Assembly: GCA_963748135.1 (NCBI GenBank) | Contig: CAVVHY010000014.1 | Span: forward strand, 13,188-77,187 | Direction of reading: 5' to 3' | Length of the DNA stretch: 64,000 nt | Origin: an uncultured Gammaproteobacteria bacterium | Lineage (GTDB): Bacteria > Pseudomonadota > Gammaproteobacteria > JBGSLN01 | In this document: in pieces, positions 1 through 11,062 of the stretch | Layout of the letters: each line of letters opens with the position of its first letter | How positions within the stretch are numbered: position 1 is the first letter of the stretch | Notes under the pieces: model-generated | What the model saw: only the letters and a program-made list of their open reading frames with translations | Database searches by the model: none | What the model was told of the DNA's origin: nothing | Position numbers and translations under genes: made by a program

Positions 1-446
1 CACTACATACCAATAATGCGATTGAATCATTAACTCGATTAGAAAATATTGGCGTACCTCGTTATAATATCGCCACCTCGATAAGTTTGATCATTGCGCA
101 GCGTTTAGTTCGCAGGCTTTGCAATCATTGTAAGGGAACAATCCATCTGCCTAGTAAATTCTTTAACTCAGCAGGTTTTCATCAAGTCAAACTTGATACT
201 ATTAAATGTTATCAAGCCGTTGGTTGCGATCAATGTACGAATGGTTATAATGGCCGTACCGCCATTTATGAGATGCTACCTATCTCCGAAGCTATTTCAC
301 AATTGATCCTTGATGGTGCCTCAACACTTGAAATTGCAACTGCAGCTTATAGCAACGGTTTATACAACTTACGCGATGCAGGTCTTTATAAAATTGCACG
401 CGGCATCACGAGTTTGGATGAAGTTAATCGTATTGTTAAGGATTAA
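1..446 (+). CDS. pilB: Type IV pilus assembly ATPase PilB (GspE family), C-terminal fragment cut by window start
   Basis: Frame open from nt 3 to stop at 446. Translation LHTNNAIESLTRLENIGVPRYNIATSISLIIAQRLVRRLCNHCK...GCDQC matches the GspE/PilB C-terminus including the CxxC...CxxC tetracysteine. It is followed directly by pilC-pilD. Confidence 0.85.
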   Translation, partial: LHTNNAIESLTRLENIGVPRYNIATSISLIIAQRLVRRLCNHCKGTIHLPSKFFNSAGFHQVKLDTIKCYQAVGCDQCTNGYNGRTAIYEMLPISEAISQLILDGASTLEIATAAYSNGLYNLRDAGLYKIARGITSLDEVNRIVKD

Positions 447-448
447 AT

Positions 449-1669
449 ATGCAAAACCATCTTTCACAAGCAATTCAGTACTACTATTGGGGACATGATA
501 ATACAGGAAAAAAGGTATACGGTGAAATCACAGCTACGAATACGATGATAGCTAAGGCAATATTGCACAAACAAGGCATCAATATCACATATATTTCTCA
601 ACGGTCAATGCGATTTCGTATGTTTACCAAAAATAGCATAACCAATAAGGACATCACTTATTTCACACGTCAATTGGCCACGACACTACAGGCTGGTATC
701 CCCTTGATAAAAGCACTTGAGATCGTGATACAAACAACCAAGGGTCAAAACTTTAAAAACTTATTGATTCGGATTAAAGATGATATAGCTAATGGCCAAA
801 GCTTTGCCAATGCTTTACAAAAACATCCTCATCATTTCAAGCCTGTATATTGCAATCTGATCTATGCCGGAGAACAGGCTGGCGCCCTTGACACATTTAT
901 TGAAGGCTTGGCTAATTATCAAGAACGACTTGAAGTGCTCAAGGCAAAAATAAGAAAGGCATTATGGTATCCTGCTGCGATTATATTCGTCGCTGTTTCC
1001 GTGTTAACTCTGTTAATGGTTTTTGTCATACCACAATTTAAAACCATGTTTAACGCTTTTGGTGCCAACTTGCCATGGTTTACCCAACTTATAATTGAAA
1101 CTTCTGAATGGCTCCAACAATATGGCTATTTTGTTATTGCTGTTGGCATTGTTATGATCTTTGCATTAGTTTACAGCCAAAAATATTCTCCTCGTATTAG
1201 ACAGCAACGTGATCAGTTACTGCTAATCATTCCGTTTATCGGTTCACTAGTACAAAAAGCGATAATTACCCGTTTTAGTCGCACGCTTGCTATTACATTT
1301 GCCGCTGGGATACCATTAATTGATGCACTACAGGTTACTGCAAAGACATTAGGAAATACTGTTTATCGCCAAGCGATCGTTCGTCTTAGTATAGAGGTGA
1401 CAAAAGGTACACCGATATATCTCGCCACACGAAATACTAGTCTATTTCCCGAACTCGTAATTCAAATGCTAGCCATTGGCGAAGCCTCAGGGACATTAGA
1501 GGCCATGCTTTTAAAAATAGCTGATATTTACCAGCAACAAGTGGATAATAGTGTTGATAGCTTAAGTAATTTGATCGAACCAGTAATAATCGCTATGCTA
1601 GGCATATCAATTGGAGGATTAGTCACTGCCATGTATTTACCCATATTTAAACTTGGAAATATAATTTAA
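449..1669 (+). CDS. pilC: Type IV pilus platform protein PilC (GspF family)
   Basis: 406-aa polytopic membrane protein with two GspF-like halves (e.g. FTRQLATTLQAGIPL... and FSRTLAITFAAGIPL...). It starts 3 nt after the pilB stop. Confidence 0.9.
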   Translation: MQNHLSQAIQYYYWGHDNTGKKVYGEITATNTMIAKAILHKQGINITYISQRSMRFRMFTKNSITNKDITYFTRQLATTLQAGIPLIKALEIVIQTTKGQNFKNLLIRIKDDIANGQSFANALQKHPHHFKPVYCNLIYAGEQAGALDTFIEGLANYQERLEVLKAKIRKALWYPAAIIFVAVSVLTLLMVFVIPQFKTMFNAFGANLPWFTQLIIETSEWLQQYGYFVIAVGIVMIFALVYSQKYSPRIRQQRDQLLLIIPFIGSLVQKAIITRFSRTLAITFAAGIPLIDALQVTAKTLGNTVYRQAIVRLSIEVTKGTPIYLATRNTSLFPELVIQMLAIGEASGTLEAMLLKIADIYQQQVDNSVDSLSNLIEPVIIAMLGISIGGLVTAMYLPIFKLGNII

Positions 1670-1671
1670 CC

Positions 1672-2544
1672 ATGATAATTGAATCGCTATATTATTATCC
1701 GGTGATATACATTGTATGCTTTGGTATTTTAGGTTTGCTTATTGGTAGCTTCTTGAATGTTGTTATATATCGATTACCTATCATGATCTATCGCGAATGG
1801 AAATTTCAATGTCAAACCTTTCTGCAACAAGACCATGCCCTAGACCTTAAAGAAAAAGCTATTAACTTAGCAATACCTCGATCATTTTGTCCACACTGCC
1901 AACACAAGATAACTGCAATCGAGAATATTCCACTATTAAGTTTTATTTTTTTGCGTGGACGCTGCCGGCATTGCCAACATAGAATCCCTTGGCGCTATCC
2001 TGCAGTGGAATTGTTAAGTTGTATTTTTGCGATCTTCGTCGCTTATCATTTTACTGTGAGTTGGCAGACATTAGGTGCACTTATCCTTAGTTTTGACCTA
2101 ATCGTAATCGCAATTATTGACCTACAAGAGCAATTGATTCCGGATTGTCTTAGTCTTCCTTTGTTATGGTTAGGTGTCATCTTTGCCTTATTTCATATCT
2201 TTGTGGATCTAGAATCAGCGGTTATTGGTGCAATTGCTGGCTATCTTAGTCTCTGGATAGTAAACCAAGTTTTTAAATGGATCTCCAAAAGAGAAGGCAT
2301 GGGTTATGGTGATTTTAAATTGTTGGCGATGTTAGGTGCCTGGCTCGGCTGGCAAATGTTACCACTTATTATCTTACTGGCAGCCGGTACCGGCAGCTTA
2401 GTTGGCATCGGATTAATGGTATTTAAAGCACATGATCGGAAGATACCGATAGCTTTTGGGCCCTACCTAGCAATTGCAGGCTGGATTGCGTTACTTTGGG
2501 GCGGTGGTATTATGAATTGGTATCTCTCTTCATTTAATTTATAA
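1672..2544 (+). CDS. pilD: Prepilin peptidase / N-methyltransferase PilD (A24 family)
   Basis: 290 aa. Has CPHCQH...CRHCQH zinc-type cysteine pairs, multiple TM segments and the GMGYGDFKL catalytic-Asp motif. Sits in pilBCD order. Confidence 0.9.
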   Translation: MIIESLYYYPVIYIVCFGILGLLIGSFLNVVIYRLPIMIYREWKFQCQTFLQQDHALDLKEKAINLAIPRSFCPHCQHKITAIENIPLLSFIFLRGRCRHCQHRIPWRYPAVELLSCIFAIFVAYHFTVSWQTLGALILSFDLIVIAIIDLQEQLIPDCLSLPLLWLGVIFALFHIFVDLESAVIGAIAGYLSLWIVNQVFKWISKREGMGYGDFKLLAMLGAWLGWQMLPLIILLAAGTGSLVGIGLMVFKAHDRKIPIAFGPYLAIAGWIALLWGGGIMNWYLSSFNL

Positions 2545-2566
2545 TATTTAATAAAAAAGGTAAGTC

Positions 2567-3157
2567 ATGTTAATTATTGGTCTCACAGGTGGAATTTGCA
2601 GTGGCAAATCAACTGTCGCTGATTTATTTAAGGCAAAAGGTATTGCTATCATTGACACCGATCAAATCGCCCATGAAATTGTTGTACCTGGGCAACCCGC
2701 ATTAGAAAAAATCGCTGAACATTTTGGCAAAGAGGTTTTGGCTAATACCGGTGAGCTTGATCGAAAAAAACTGCGTGATATTATCTTCAATGATATAGCG
2801 CAAAAGCGATGGCTTGAAGAATTGCTGCACCCACTTATTATTAATGAAGCTAAATCCAAGATTCATTCCATTAAATCACCATATTATATCATTAGCATCC
2901 CGTTATTAATTGAAACTGGACCATATGATTTCATCAATCGCATTTTGGTAGTTGATGTTCCAGAAGAGATACAGATCCGTCGCGCAATGGTAAGAGACCA
3001 TTCTACCAAGTCTCAAGTACGCGCAATAATAAAGTCTCAAGCAAGTCGAGCACAGCGCCTAGCACAAGCAGACGATGTCATTTTAAATGTTCAAGAATTG
3101 ACTGAGTTAAGCAAAAAAGTTGATGCCTTACACAGTAAATACATGCAAATACTATGA
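2567..3157 (+). CDS. coaE: Dephospho-CoA kinase
   Basis: 196 aa with P-loop GLTGGICSGKST and IIDTDQIAHE. Shows the classic pilD-coaE-zapD-yacG synteny. Confidence 0.9.
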   Translation: MLIIGLTGGICSGKSTVADLFKAKGIAIIDTDQIAHEIVVPGQPALEKIAEHFGKEVLANTGELDRKKLRDIIFNDIAQKRWLEELLHPLIINEAKSKIHSIKSPYYIISIPLLIETGPYDFINRILVVDVPEEIQIRRAMVRDHSTKSQVRAIIKSQASRAQRLAQADDVILNVQELTELSKKVDALHSKYMQIL

Positions 3158-3171
3158 TGATACAGTCATTA

Positions 3172-4551
3172 CTAAAGTTTTCGTAATATCCAATACATCG
3201 CCGGCAATAAAAGAATAATGATACCTGCACTAAATAATACTTCATAATGAGCGGCACCACCAACGTCTATACTTCCTGGAGGAATAAATCCAACTATTAC
3301 AGCAAACATACAGCCGATTAATCCAAAAACCGACATTAAATACATGCCAAAATTATTCTTCATCCAAAACATATAACATTTAAAATGTTGTTTGGCACAC
3401 AATAATATCGCTGAGATAAACATTAGCACATACATTAATAAATATAATTCCGTACTTAAATCGGTTAATAACCAATATGAGGCATTCACTGTAGGCATTA
3501 ATAAAAAGGCGGTACAAACAAGGCTAACCAATACTGCCTGAATAAGTAAAATTCGATATGCGACACCATACCTATTTTCCTTAACCAGAAAATGCGGTAG
3601 TAAATGATCGATCGCCGCTTGTTCCAAACCCTTGGCTGGTGAAATTATCCAGTTCACCATTCCACCAAATGCTCCAATAAGTATCATGCCAGCAATAATT
3701 GGCATCAACCATGCCAGATGAAAAGCATCAAAATAATCTCGAAATGCTACCAATACCCCATCAACTAAATTGATTTGCTTTTCAGGAATAACAAATGCAA
3801 TTGCTAAGGCACCCAGGATCATCGTGGCTAAAATAATGATAGTAGAGATGAGTAACGCCTGCGGGAAGGTACGTTTTGCATTTTTGACTGTACGAATATG
3901 TACGGTCGCCAATTCCAAACCTAAGAACGAAGTTATAATCGCAGTCAACGAAATCCAACTTTGGCTATCTTTAAAATTAGGTAACACAGAGTGCAGACTC
4001 ATTGAAACATATAATGGTCTACCACTAGAGATCCAAACTAACGCTAAAATGATAATCAATGCCATTGGTATGATCATACCAATGACGGTACAAAACCCAG
4101 CAAATGTTGCCGATGTCTTTACACCAAAGAGATTCAGGAAAGTCAAACCCCAAAAACTTAATAAAATAACACTTACCAGATAGATTTTATCATCCGCCAA
4201 CTGTGGATTAATTAAAAAGGCCAAGGTTCCTGCAATAAAAGATAAGATCGTTGGATACCAAATGATGGTATTAATCCATTGCAACCATATACTCATAAAA
4301 CCCCATTGTTTACCGGTAGCTAATTTCACCCATTGATAAATCCCACCTTTGCTGGGCATGGCCTTCGCGAGTTCAGCTGAGACAACAGCCACTGGGATTA
4401 AAAACAGAACGCTGCTTACGACAGCAAAAAATATGAGGGTTGAACCGAACATTGCCGTTGCTGGCAAATTTCGAATGCTATCGATTGCACCTGTGATTAA
4501 CATCACTAAGCCGAGTAGGCCAAGTGGTCTGATTACAGTTTGGGTCGTCAT
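3172..4551 (-). CDS. APC-superfamily amino acid permease (GadC/YjeM-like)
   Basis: 459 aa with about 12 predicted TM helices. The N-terminal pattern LGLVMLITGAIDSIRNLPATAMFG...GGIYQWV is typical of the glutamate/GABA-type APC transporters. Confidence 0.8.
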   Translation of the reverse strand: MTTQTVIRPLGLLGLVMLITGAIDSIRNLPATAMFGSTLIFFAVVSSVLFLIPVAVVSAELAKAMPSKGGIYQWVKLATGKQWGFMSIWLQWINTIIWYPTILSFIAGTLAFLINPQLADDKIYLVSVILLSFWGLTFLNLFGVKTSATFAGFCTVIGMIIPMALIIILALVWISSGRPLYVSMSLHSVLPNFKDSQSWISLTAIITSFLGLELATVHIRTVKNAKRTFPQALLISTIIILATMILGALAIAFVIPEKQINLVDGVLVAFRDYFDAFHLAWLMPIIAGMILIGAFGGMVNWIISPAKGLEQAAIDHLLPHFLVKENRYGVAYRILLIQAVLVSLVCTAFLLMPTVNASYWLLTDLSTELYLLMYVLMFISAILLCAKQHFKCYMFWMKNNFGMYLMSVFGLIGCMFAVIVGFIPPGSIDVGGAAHYEVLFSAGIIILLLPAMYWILRKL

Positions 4552-4720
4552 TTGTATTTATAGTTATAATAATATTGATACTAATTGGTTTTAGTATAAT
4601 ATTTGACACTACTCTAGCACAAGTTTTTTTAACACTAATTCAGATAATGTCGCTTAAACTTATTATTTAAATCATGTTACAATCTGCTCATATCATTCAT
4701 TATCGCAAATACAGAAGATT

Positions 4721-5506
4721 ATGACTCAAGAACAACGATGGCTAGAAACAACTTGCTATGAACAACCGGGGAATGAGCTGCTCCGAGTCTGTTTGCGTTT
4801 TGAACATCTGTTTGCTCAATACAAACACTTTATGCAAGAAAAATCAGACTGGAGTAGCAGAGCAACCATCGATTCTATACTTGAAATGGTTAATCTACTT
4901 GATAGGGCTGATTTAAAAAATAATTTATCTAAAGAATTATCCAGACAGAAAGCCATTTTTGTAAACCTTCAGCAAACCCCACATGTTGATCATATTAAAT
5001 TAACCGAGGTTTTAAACCAACTTGAGAATGTGATAAATCTATTAGCGAATTCTAATGGAAAATTTGCTCAAGAGTTACGAGAAAATGAATTCTTAAATTC
5101 AATTCGTTTATATCGTAGCAATCCAGCAGGCCTACTTCCATTTGATGTGCCTCATTACCATCTGTGGCTCAACCAGCCTTATCCCAAACGTACAATTGAT
5201 ATCAATTATTGGATTAAATCCTTTGATACCATTGCGACAAGCATTCACTTATTACTGAGACTTGTTAGACAAAGTGCAGTCCCAAGTTATAAAACCGCTG
5301 AACATGGACTCTATCATGCTAATCTTGATAGCAATCAAATATGCCAATTAGTCCGTATTGAATTGCCCAAACAGGCGAGATACTTTCCGGCTGTAAGTGT
5401 CAGCCGACATAAGGTTAACATTCGTTTCATGCAAACAGACTTTGCTAGTAAACCAACACAGATTGACGAAGACGTCTTGTTTAAGCTTTATTGCTGTAAT
5501 TTTTGA
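4721..5506 (+). CDS. zapD: Cell division protein ZapD (YacF family)
   Basis: 261 aa. N-terminus YEQPGNELLRVCLRFEHLF resembles ZapD. Located between coaE and yacG as in other gammaproteobacteria. Confidence 0.75.
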   Translation: MTQEQRWLETTCYEQPGNELLRVCLRFEHLFAQYKHFMQEKSDWSSRATIDSILEMVNLLDRADLKNNLSKELSRQKAIFVNLQQTPHVDHIKLTEVLNQLENVINLLANSNGKFAQELRENEFLNSIRLYRSNPAGLLPFDVPHYHLWLNQPYPKRTIDINYWIKSFDTIATSIHLLLRLVRQSAVPSYKTAEHGLYHANLDSNQICQLVRIELPKQARYFPAVSVSRHKVNIRFMQTDFASKPTQIDEDVLFKLYCCNF

Positions 5507-5588
5507 CCGGGGTAATCTAGCGTAATAGACAGCTAACTTTATATAACCAAAGATTTGATGATTATTTATTGTATCCGATATTGATATT

Positions 5589-5774
5589 ATGACTATAAAA
5601 AAACGAATCAAATGCCCTCAATGCGGCAAACCAAATACCTGGCGGGAAGACAATCTTTATCGTCCATTTTGTAGTGAGCGATGTCGCTTAATCGATCTAG
5701 GTGAGTGGGCCGAAGAAAAGTATCGTCTTCCGAGTGAAGAGGGTGGCTTAAGTGATGATGATGAAAATAATTAA
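5589..5774 (+). CDS. yacG: DNA gyrase inhibitor YacG (zinc finger)
   Basis: 61 aa with CPQCGK...FCSERCRLIDLGEWA, the YacG Cys4 signature, and an acidic tail. Confidence 0.85.
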   Translation: MTIKKRIKCPQCGKPNTWREDNLYRPFCSERCRLIDLGEWAEEKYRLPSEEGGLSDDDENN

Positions 5775-5817
5775 CTTAGTACCAGCAACAAATGTATTGA
5801 CGCGCTTCTTTTGTGAT

Positions 5818-5850
5818 GTAGGTCGGTATCGCACAGCGATGCCGACCTAC
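5818..5850. repeat. REP-like palindromic hairpin (gtaggtcggtatcgc-acag-cgatgccgacctac)
   Basis: 15-bp arms with one T:G mismatch. Lies in the convergent yacG/mutT intergenic region. A related copy in opposite orientation is at 10873-10900. Confidence 0.5.
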
Positions 5851-5985
5851 ATCATATGCCAACGGCGTCAGACATTCATTGTTATTTTTTGCCAGAGACA
5901 ATATGTTCTTTTAATTGCCAACATAATATGAAAAAATATATTATTATTTAATCCAATGTCTTTATGACAAATTTCACCCTCAATC

Positions 5986-6399
5986 TTACGTCTTCTGATC
6001 CTGACAGCGTTTTATAATCTCGGTATTCGCCTCGGGGAAATGATAATTTGATAACGCCTCTCGTGTCACCCAACGGATCTCTTGGCCCTCGTTGCCAATC
6101 GGCGCACCCTCAAAGCCCTGCACTTGCCAAACCTCCAGTGAAACTTTTTTGTTGGGATATTGATGTTGGATAGAAAACCAGGGTATAGCTTCTAAGACAT
6201 TAACATTGATCTCTTCTCGTAATTCACGTCTCAAGGCATCCATACCACTCTCCCCTGCCTCAAGCTTACCACCCGGAAATTCCCAGTAACCTGCTAATGG
6301 TTTACCTTCAGGACGTTTGGCAATTAATACTAAATCTGCTTCGTTGGTAATAATGCCTGCAACAACGTGGATTTCATTGCCATGAATTATCTCAACCAT
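5986..6399 (-). CDS. mutT: Nudix hydrolase, MutT-like 8-oxo-dGTP diphosphatase
   Basis: 137 aa with Nudix box GGKLEAGESGMDALRRELREEINV. Adjacent to secA as in E. coli. Confidence 0.75.
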   Translation of the reverse strand: MVEIIHGNEIHVVAGIITNEADLVLIAKRPEGKPLAGYWEFPGGKLEAGESGMDALRRELREEINVNVLEAIPWFSIQHQYPNKKVSLEVWQVQGFEGAPIGNEGQEIRWVTREALSNYHFPEANTEIIKRCQDQKT

Positions 6400-6425
6400 T
6401 AAAAATCACCCAGCATAAATTACGT

Positions 6426-9155
6426 TTAGGCCAATTGCCCATGGCATTGCTTATACTTCTTACCAGAACCACAAGGACATGGATCATTGCGACCAACCTT
6501 TGGCTGCTCTCTCACATAAGGTTTGTGTTGTTCCGCATCTTCCTCAAAACCCATTTCATCATCTTCCATCGCCATTGCCATCATTCTGGCATCGGCATGT
6601 TGATATTGTAAATTAGCATCTGCTAATTCACGACGGCGGTATTGTTCCATTGCCTCGACATCGGACTGTGCCTCAACTTCAACGTTACATAAGATTTTAA
6701 CCACTTGATGTTTGATCCGTTCCAAAAGATCGGTAAATAACATAAATGCTTCGCGCTTGTATTCTTGTTTCGGATTCTTTTGCGCATAGCCACGTAAATG
6801 GATCCCTTGGCGTAGATAATCCATATTAGATAAATGATCTTTCCACAACGTATCCAATGATTGCAACATCACCGATTTTTCAAACTGGCGCATGACTTCA
6901 GGTTCAACCTCAGCAATCCGCGCGTTATACGAACTATGAATGGTATCTGCAATACGTTCACGTAAAGTATCCGCATGCAAATTCTCATCTTCCTCTAACC
7001 AAGTCTTGAGATTTAATTCAATACCAAATTCATTTTTCAGATATTTCTGAAGACCGGCAACATCCCATTGCTCTTCTAAACTCTCTGGTGGCACAAACAT
7101 GCAGACAGTCTCGTTAAGTACGTCGGCAAATATCTCATCGATCGTATCCGATACATCTTCTGCCGCCAGTAATTCGGCACGCTGTTCATAGATCACTTTA
7201 CGCTGTTCATTGGCGACATCATCGTATTCCAATAATTGCTTACGAATATCAAAGTTGTGACCTTCAACCTTGCGTTGCGCATTTTCAATTGCCTTTGATA
7301 CCCAAGGATGCTCAATCGGTTCACCCTCTTTCATCCCAAGTTTTTGCATAATGCCACCCATACGATCTGAAGCAAAGATCCGCAATAAATTGTCTTCCAG
7401 GGATAAATAAAAACGTGAACTACCTGGATCACCTTGACGACCAGATCGACCACGCAATTGATTATCAATACGCCGCGCTTCATGACGCTCAGAACCTATC
7501 ACATGCAAACCACCAGCCTTAATAACCGTGTCGTGACGTTGTTGCCAATCAACTTGCAAGGCTTCAATTTGATCTGGACTCGCATCTGGTAAGGCTAAAA
7601 TCTCTGATTGCAAATTACCCCCCAAGACAATATCAGTACCGCGACCGGCCATATTGGTTGCAATGGTTACGGTACCGGGGCGCCCTGCCTCGGCAATTAT
7701 ATGCGCTTCTTTTTCATGATACTTGGCATTTAATACTTGATGCGGGATTTTGCCTTTTTGTAAAAGCTTGGATAAATATTCAGAAGTCTCGATCGATGCC
7801 GTACCCACCAATATGGGTTGCTGGCGTTCACGGCATGTCTTGATATCCTCGATGATGGCATCAAACTTTTCTTTAGCTGTCAAATAAATTTGATCACTAT
7901 TATCTTGACGCACAACGGGTTTATTGGTTGGGATAACCACAACTTCCAAGCCATAGATTTGCTGAAATTCATAGGCCTCGGTGTCGGCAGTACCCGTCAT
8001 GCCAGATAATTTTTCATAGAGTCTGAAATAATTTTGGAAAGTAATCGATGCCAGCGTTTGATTTTCACTTCGGATCGGTACATCTTCTTTTGCCTCAACG
8101 GCTTGATGTAGGCCATCAGACCAACGACGTCCCGGCATAGTACGTCCAGTGTGTTCATCTACAATAACGACTTCATTATTTTGCACGATGTAGTCAACAT
8201 CTTTAAAAAACAGATTATGGGCACGAAGACATGCATTTAAGTGATGCATAATTGGGATATTTGCCGGTGAATATAAACTTTGACCTTCATCAAGCACGCC
8301 ATCTTTCACTAACAATTCTTCAACATGATCATGCCCTTCTTCAGTTAAATAGGCTTGCTTAGTCTTTTCATCTAAGCTGAAATCACCTGGACCATTCTCT
8401 TCTTCCTGCTTTTTAAGCTTTGGTACAATCAGATTAATCTTTTGATAAAGCTCAGAACTTTCTTCCGCAGGTCCGGAAATAATTAAAGGGGTACGCGCTT
8501 CGTCGATGAGGATTGAATCCACTTCGTCGACAATGGCAAAATTCAATAACCGCTGTACCTTGTCTTCGATATTAAAGGCCATATTGTCACGCAGATAATC
8601 GAAACCAAATTCATTATTGGTTCCGTAAGTAATATCAGCGGCATAAGCCTCTTGTTTTTGGTCATGCGGCATATTGCTTAAGTTAACACCGACACTAAGA
8701 CCAAGAAATTTATAGACTGGCCCCATCCATTCGGCGTCCCGTTTGGCAAGATAATCATTTACGGTAATGATATGCACGCCTTTACCAGAGATGGCATTCA
8801 GATAAGCAGGCAGGGTTGCAGCCAAGGTCTTACCTTCACCAGTACACATCTCGGCAATCTTACCGTGGTGTAACACCATGCCGCCAACCAATTGGACATC
8901 GAAATGGCGCATCTTTAGCACACGTTTGCTGACTTCACGCACCACTGCAAAGGCCTCAGGCAGTATTTCATCAATATTTGCACCTTTCTCCAGGCGCGCA
9001 CGAAACTCATCGGTCTTGGCGGCCAACAGTTCATCGGACAAGCCTTCCAACTGTGGCTCTAAGGCATTGATATCATCAACGGTCTTACTCATGCGCCGTA
9101 TCACCCGTTCATTACGGCTACCGAAAATCTTTTTGACTATACTTGATCCCAACAT
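6426..9155 (-). CDS. secA: Preprotein translocase ATPase SecA
   Basis: The canonical SecA N-terminus [21 protein letters not shown] begins at Met45 of the listed ORF (ATG at 9155). DEAD-like motor motifs are present, as is the C-terminal zinc motif [14 protein letters not shown]. Confidence 0.95.
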   Translation of the reverse strand: MLGSSIVKKIFGSRNERVIRRMSKTVDDINALEPQLEGLSDELLAAKTDEFRARLEKGANIDEILPEAFAVVREVSKRVLKMRHFDVQLVGGMVLHHGKIAEMCTGEGKTLAATLPAYLNAISGKGVHIITVNDYLAKRDAEWMGPVYKFLGLSVGVNLSNMPHDQKQEAYAADITYGTNNEFGFDYLRDNMAFNIEDKVQRLLNFAIVDEVDSILIDEARTPLIISGPAEESSELYQKINLIVPKLKKQEEENGPGDFSLDEKTKQAYLTEEGHDHVEELLVKDGVLDEGQSLYSPANIPIMHHLNACLRAHNLFFKDVDYIVQNNEVVIVDEHTGRTMPGRRWSDGLHQAVEAKEDVPIRSENQTLASITFQNYFRLYEKLSGMTGTADTEAYEFQQIYGLEVVVIPTNKPVVRQDNSDQIYLTAKEKFDAIIEDIKTCRERQQPILVGTASIETSEYLSKLLQKGKIPHQVLNAKYHEKEAHIIAEAGRPGTVTIATNMAGRGTDIVLGGNLQSEILALPDASPDQIEALQVDWQQRHDTVIKAGGLHVIGSERHEARRIDNQLRGRSGRQGDPGSSRFYLSLEDNLLRIFASDRMGGIMQKLGMKEGEPIEHPWVSKAIENAQRKVEGHNFDIRKQLLEYDDVANEQRKVIYEQRAELLAAEDVSDTIDEIFADVLNETVCMFVPPESLEEQWDVAGLQKYLKNEFGIELNLKTWLEEDENLHADTLRERIADTIHSSYNARIAEVEPEVMRQFEKSVMLQSLDTLWKDHLSNMDYLRQGIHLRGYAQKNPKQEYKREAFMLFTDLLERIKHQVVKILCNVEVEAQSDVEAMEQYRRRELADANLQYQHADARMMAMAMEDDEMGFEEDAEQHKPYVREQPKVGRNDPCPCGSGKKYKQCHGQLA

Positions 9156-9627
9156 TAGTTTGTCTCTCGTGTGTAATTTATAAATCAATGAATATGCGCT
9201 AACTTTACTAGAATTATACCATTTTCGCCAGGTGTTCATGTAGCTAGCGGCGTTAGGGCAGAGAAATTTAGGGTTATTGAGGTGCATCTCACCGGTTAAG
9301 GGCCATAAAGTATCAAAAATCCGCTATATGCCTGTGTGATATAACATTTTTTAGGCAGAAATATCCCCTATTTTGCGATCAGCATAGACGTCTTAGATAT
9401 CTGTCTACACGGCTTGAAACCACCAACCCACTAGCCGCCTTTGGGGCATTAATTAAATATGGCTACCTGATTGCCCAACTTAATATGTATCAATCATAAT
9501 TTACTTAAAAAATATACAATGATATTGAATAAACAACCAAGCCTTGATGATATATCTACAAAACAATGACTCATTCATCCTTAATAAAACATTCCTAGAT
9601 GAAATGAGCTATCGCACGATAAACCTA

Positions 9628-10785
9628 TTAGCTTAACAACTTGAAATTAGCGAGCCAAGTTATCAAATTGCGGATTTCCAGCCCTTGAGGATAAGTCTTT
9701 TCACGTTTTAATTCTTTCACTAATTGAGTGAATTTGGTATCGCCTAAGCTTTTTTGATAATATTCAAATCCAGCGGCTATTTTATCATTCTTGAATTTTA
9801 CTTCTATTGCATGTACTGGCTTATTATCAACGCTTATTAAAAAATCTAACTCTTTGCCATCCTTTGTTCTTAGGTAATGTAGTGATGTCTTTAATCCTTT
9901 AGTATCTTCTATGTAGTTTAATTCTTTCAAAAGAGCACACGCGACAAGGTTTTCTAAGCGAGCCCCATCATTCCCTTCAGCATAAGTATGATCGTAGAAA
10001 TAATATTTTGGTTCTTTCAGTAAAGAACGGGCAATATTCTTATGGAATGGTTTCACTGAAAAAATAATATAAAGGTTTTCTAATAATTGTAACCATGCCT
10101 TAATTGTTTTAGGATCACGTTCTAGATCACGCGCCAAGTTTGCATAAGATACTGTACTACCTACCCTCTGCTTTAATAATTCAACTAAGGTTTCAATAGC
10201 CTTTATATCTCTGATTGTATGTAAGTCTATTAAATCTTGACGCAAAATGATTTCTAAATGACTACGTCGCCATCTTCTATAATAAGCCTTGTCATTTTTT
10301 AGAAATGGCTCCGGAAAACCACTGCAATCCCAAAGTTGTTCAAATAGATCTACTAAATTTTTAGATATACCAATTTTTGCCTCTTTTAAATCTATTGGAT
10401 GCAAGCGGTAAGAAAAATATCTGCCCGCAAGAGAATCACCTGCTTTATGATACACATCAAGCATTGCACTACCGGTCACGATTATCTGAGGCGGAATGCC
10501 CTCAGTATCGTAAACGCCCTTTAGCCATCGTTTCCAATCCTTTTTTTTATGCAATTCATCAAAGATAATCAGCTGCTTGGATCGGTCCCATGATTTTTCT
10601 GTTAAAGCCAGCCTATCTTCGATTGCATCATAATTAAAGTAGTCGTAATCATTTCTGTCATACAGATTTTTTGCCAGGGTGGTTTTGCCACTTTGACGTG
10701 GGCCCGAGACAAGGACAAGCTTATTCGGCAAATCTTTTGTTATATGTGAGGTGAGGTAACGTTCCATTTGACTATTATGGCACAT
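9628..10785 (-). CDS. AAA-type ATPase (AAA_14 / DUF4143-like)
   Basis: 385 aa with Walker A VSGPRQSGKTTLA and Walker B LIIFDELH. The C-terminal region is typical of the DUF4143 orphan ATPases. The start may be Met7 (10767). Confidence 0.7.
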   Translation of the reverse strand: MCHNSQMERYLTSHITKDLPNKLVLVSGPRQSGKTTLAKNLYDRNDYDYFNYDAIEDRLALTEKSWDRSKQLIIFDELHKKKDWKRWLKGVYDTEGIPPQIIVTGSAMLDVYHKAGDSLAGRYFSYRLHPIDLKEAKIGISKNLVDLFEQLWDCSGFPEPFLKNDKAYYRRWRRSHLEIILRQDLIDLHTIRDIKAIETLVELLKQRVGSTVSYANLARDLERDPKTIKAWLQLLENLYIIFSVKPFHKNIARSLLKEPKYYFYDHTYAEGNDGARLENLVACALLKELNYIEDTKGLKTSLHYLRTKDGKELDFLISVDNKPVHAIEVKFKNDKIAAGFEYYQKSLGDTKFTQLVKELKREKTYPQGLEIRNLITWLANFKLLS

Positions 10786-10872
10786 ATTCCCGAATAGTCA
10801 AGACCATTCGGGAATATGCTCCTGAAAAGTCTAATTTATTGTAGCTAATGAATTAAATGAATATTTTTATTT

Positions 10873-10900
10873 GTCGGCATCGCAAGCGATACCGACCTAC
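10873..10900. repeat. REP-like hairpin, second copy (gtcggcatcgc-aa-gcgataccgacctac)
   Basis: Same arm sequence as 5818-5850, but the mismatch is on the opposite arm, which implies inverted orientation. Confidence 0.4.
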
Positions 10901-11062
10901 ATTGATTTATTTATAATTTTATTTGAAAAACCTTTCGCTATGTTACTTCCCAAAGCTCGCTATCCCTACATTGTATCTGTCTGGCCTAATTTAATATCAA
11001 TTTAGTCTAGTATTAACAAGCACATATGCACAAATTACTGTATACTATAAATACAGACCTAA

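Noticed and set aside
3770-4183. 137-aa plus-strand ORF antisense to the APC permease. Similar internal or alternate-frame ORFs occur at 39232-39594, 39677-39994 and 44972-45322 within the giant gene.
   Set aside because: They are fully nested in well-supported longer CDSs and have no independent start context or recognisable motifs, so they are shadow ORFs.
9156-9287. 44-codon N-terminal extension of the secA ORF
   Set aside because: The canonical SecA N-terminus ([16 protein letters not shown]) begins at the internal Met. The extension has no similarity to SecA and looks like read-through of upstream non-coding DNA.
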